DNA of 26,579 nucleotides from a virus: UHGV virus genome UHGV-1484038; one strand, 5' to 3'. Shown piece by piece: positions 26,300 to 26,579 of this stretch (position 1 is its first letter; each line of letters starts with the position of its first letter). The notes under the pieces were generated by a model. It saw only the letters and a program-made list of their open reading frames with translations, ran no database searches and was not told where the DNA came from. The position numbers and the translations under genes were made by a program.

Positions 26300-26524
26300 C
26301 ATCCGGCGCACAGGACAAAACTGATACGCACAAAGCTTTGCACTGTATTGCAAGGCTTTGTGCTCTCCTGTGGATGTGTGTCTACATATTTGAAGATTGT
26401 TGTGCCGTATTTGTGACATACGCATGAAAACATCATGCATCAACTTTCTGTTTGTGCCATCAACTATAACTTAGTGAATGCGGTTAATGCTTGCTAAAAC
26501 AGATAGTTATGATTGGTGCTACAG

Positions 26525-26570
26525 ATTCGTAATGCGAAGGTCGTAGGTTCGACTCCTATTATCGGCACCA
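26525..26570 (+). other. Partial tRNA-Thr 3' end (46 nt: anticodon-loop region through CCA) = prophage attachment-site core
   Basis: ATTCGTAATGCGAAGGTCGTAGGTTCGACTCCTATTATCGGCACCA contains a T-arm (GTAGG-TTCGACT-CCTAT), acceptor 3' strand and CCA, but the preceding 30 nt cannot form the acceptor 5' strand, D-arm or anticodon stem. From memory it matches the 3' end of enterobacterial thrW, the P22-family att core. Confidence 0.65.
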
Positions 26571-26579
26571 TTAAAATCA

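Larger units (their letters stand above)
1..26570. mobile_element. Lambdoid prophage, late/right arm (Q, lysis, packaging, head, contractile tail, tail fibre) ending at a tRNA-Thr-derived att core
   Basis: Collinear + strand late operon with canonical lambdoid order Q - pR' - holin/lysozyme/Rz - terminase - portal - head - tail - fibre - Tfa, followed at 26525-26570 by a partial tRNA 3' end. Left boundary lies outside the window. Confidence 0.85.

Noticed and set aside
26099-26443. 114-aa minus-strand ORF at the prophage end
   Set aside because: Largely antisense to the Tfa gene and running into the att-proximal non-coding region; Cys/Arg-rich low-complexity translation.
26470-26570. Possible intact tRNA gene at the window end
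   Set aside because: Only the 3' 46 nt fold as tRNA. The upstream sequence (...GATTGGTGCTACAG) cannot pair with the acceptor 3' strand or form D and anticodon stems, so it is an att-core fragment, not a functional tRNA.
1-26579. CRISPR arrays, rRNA genes, insertion sequences or transposase genes
   Set aside because: No regularly spaced direct repeats, no rRNA-like segments and no transposase-like ORFs or terminal inverted repeats were seen on either strand.

Overview
This window is the late (right) arm of an integrated lambdoid prophage from an enterobacterial host, almost all on the + strand, ending at a prophage-host junction. Order: nin-region end (RusA, NinH-like) -> antiterminator Q -> pR'-like late promoter and hairpin terminator -> one reverse-strand cargo gene -> lysis cassette (lambda-S-like holin, P22-type lysozyme, Rz with embedded Rz1) -> HNH-AP2 endonuclease, Rha regulator, HExxH protein -> terminase small and large subunits, portal, Mu-F-like head morphogenesis protein, scaffold-like protein, major capsid and neck proteins -> contractile (myovirus-type) tail: sheath, tube, chaperone with a -1 frameshift extension, tape measure with lytic transglycosylase domain, baseplate D/V/W/J/I-like proteins, tail fibre with collar motif, Tfa -> 46-nt 3' fragment of a tRNA-Thr gene (att core). 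The best candidates for something undescribed are (i) an AT-rich two-gene cassette of small signal-peptide proteins with its own terminator inserted inside the baseplate operon, (ii) the reverse-strand coiled-coil/zinc-ribbon gene between Q and the holin, and (iii) the HNH/Rha/HExxH cargo block. No CRISPR array, rRNA or intact tRNA was seen. All family assignments are from reading the translations and from memory of the families; no searches were run.
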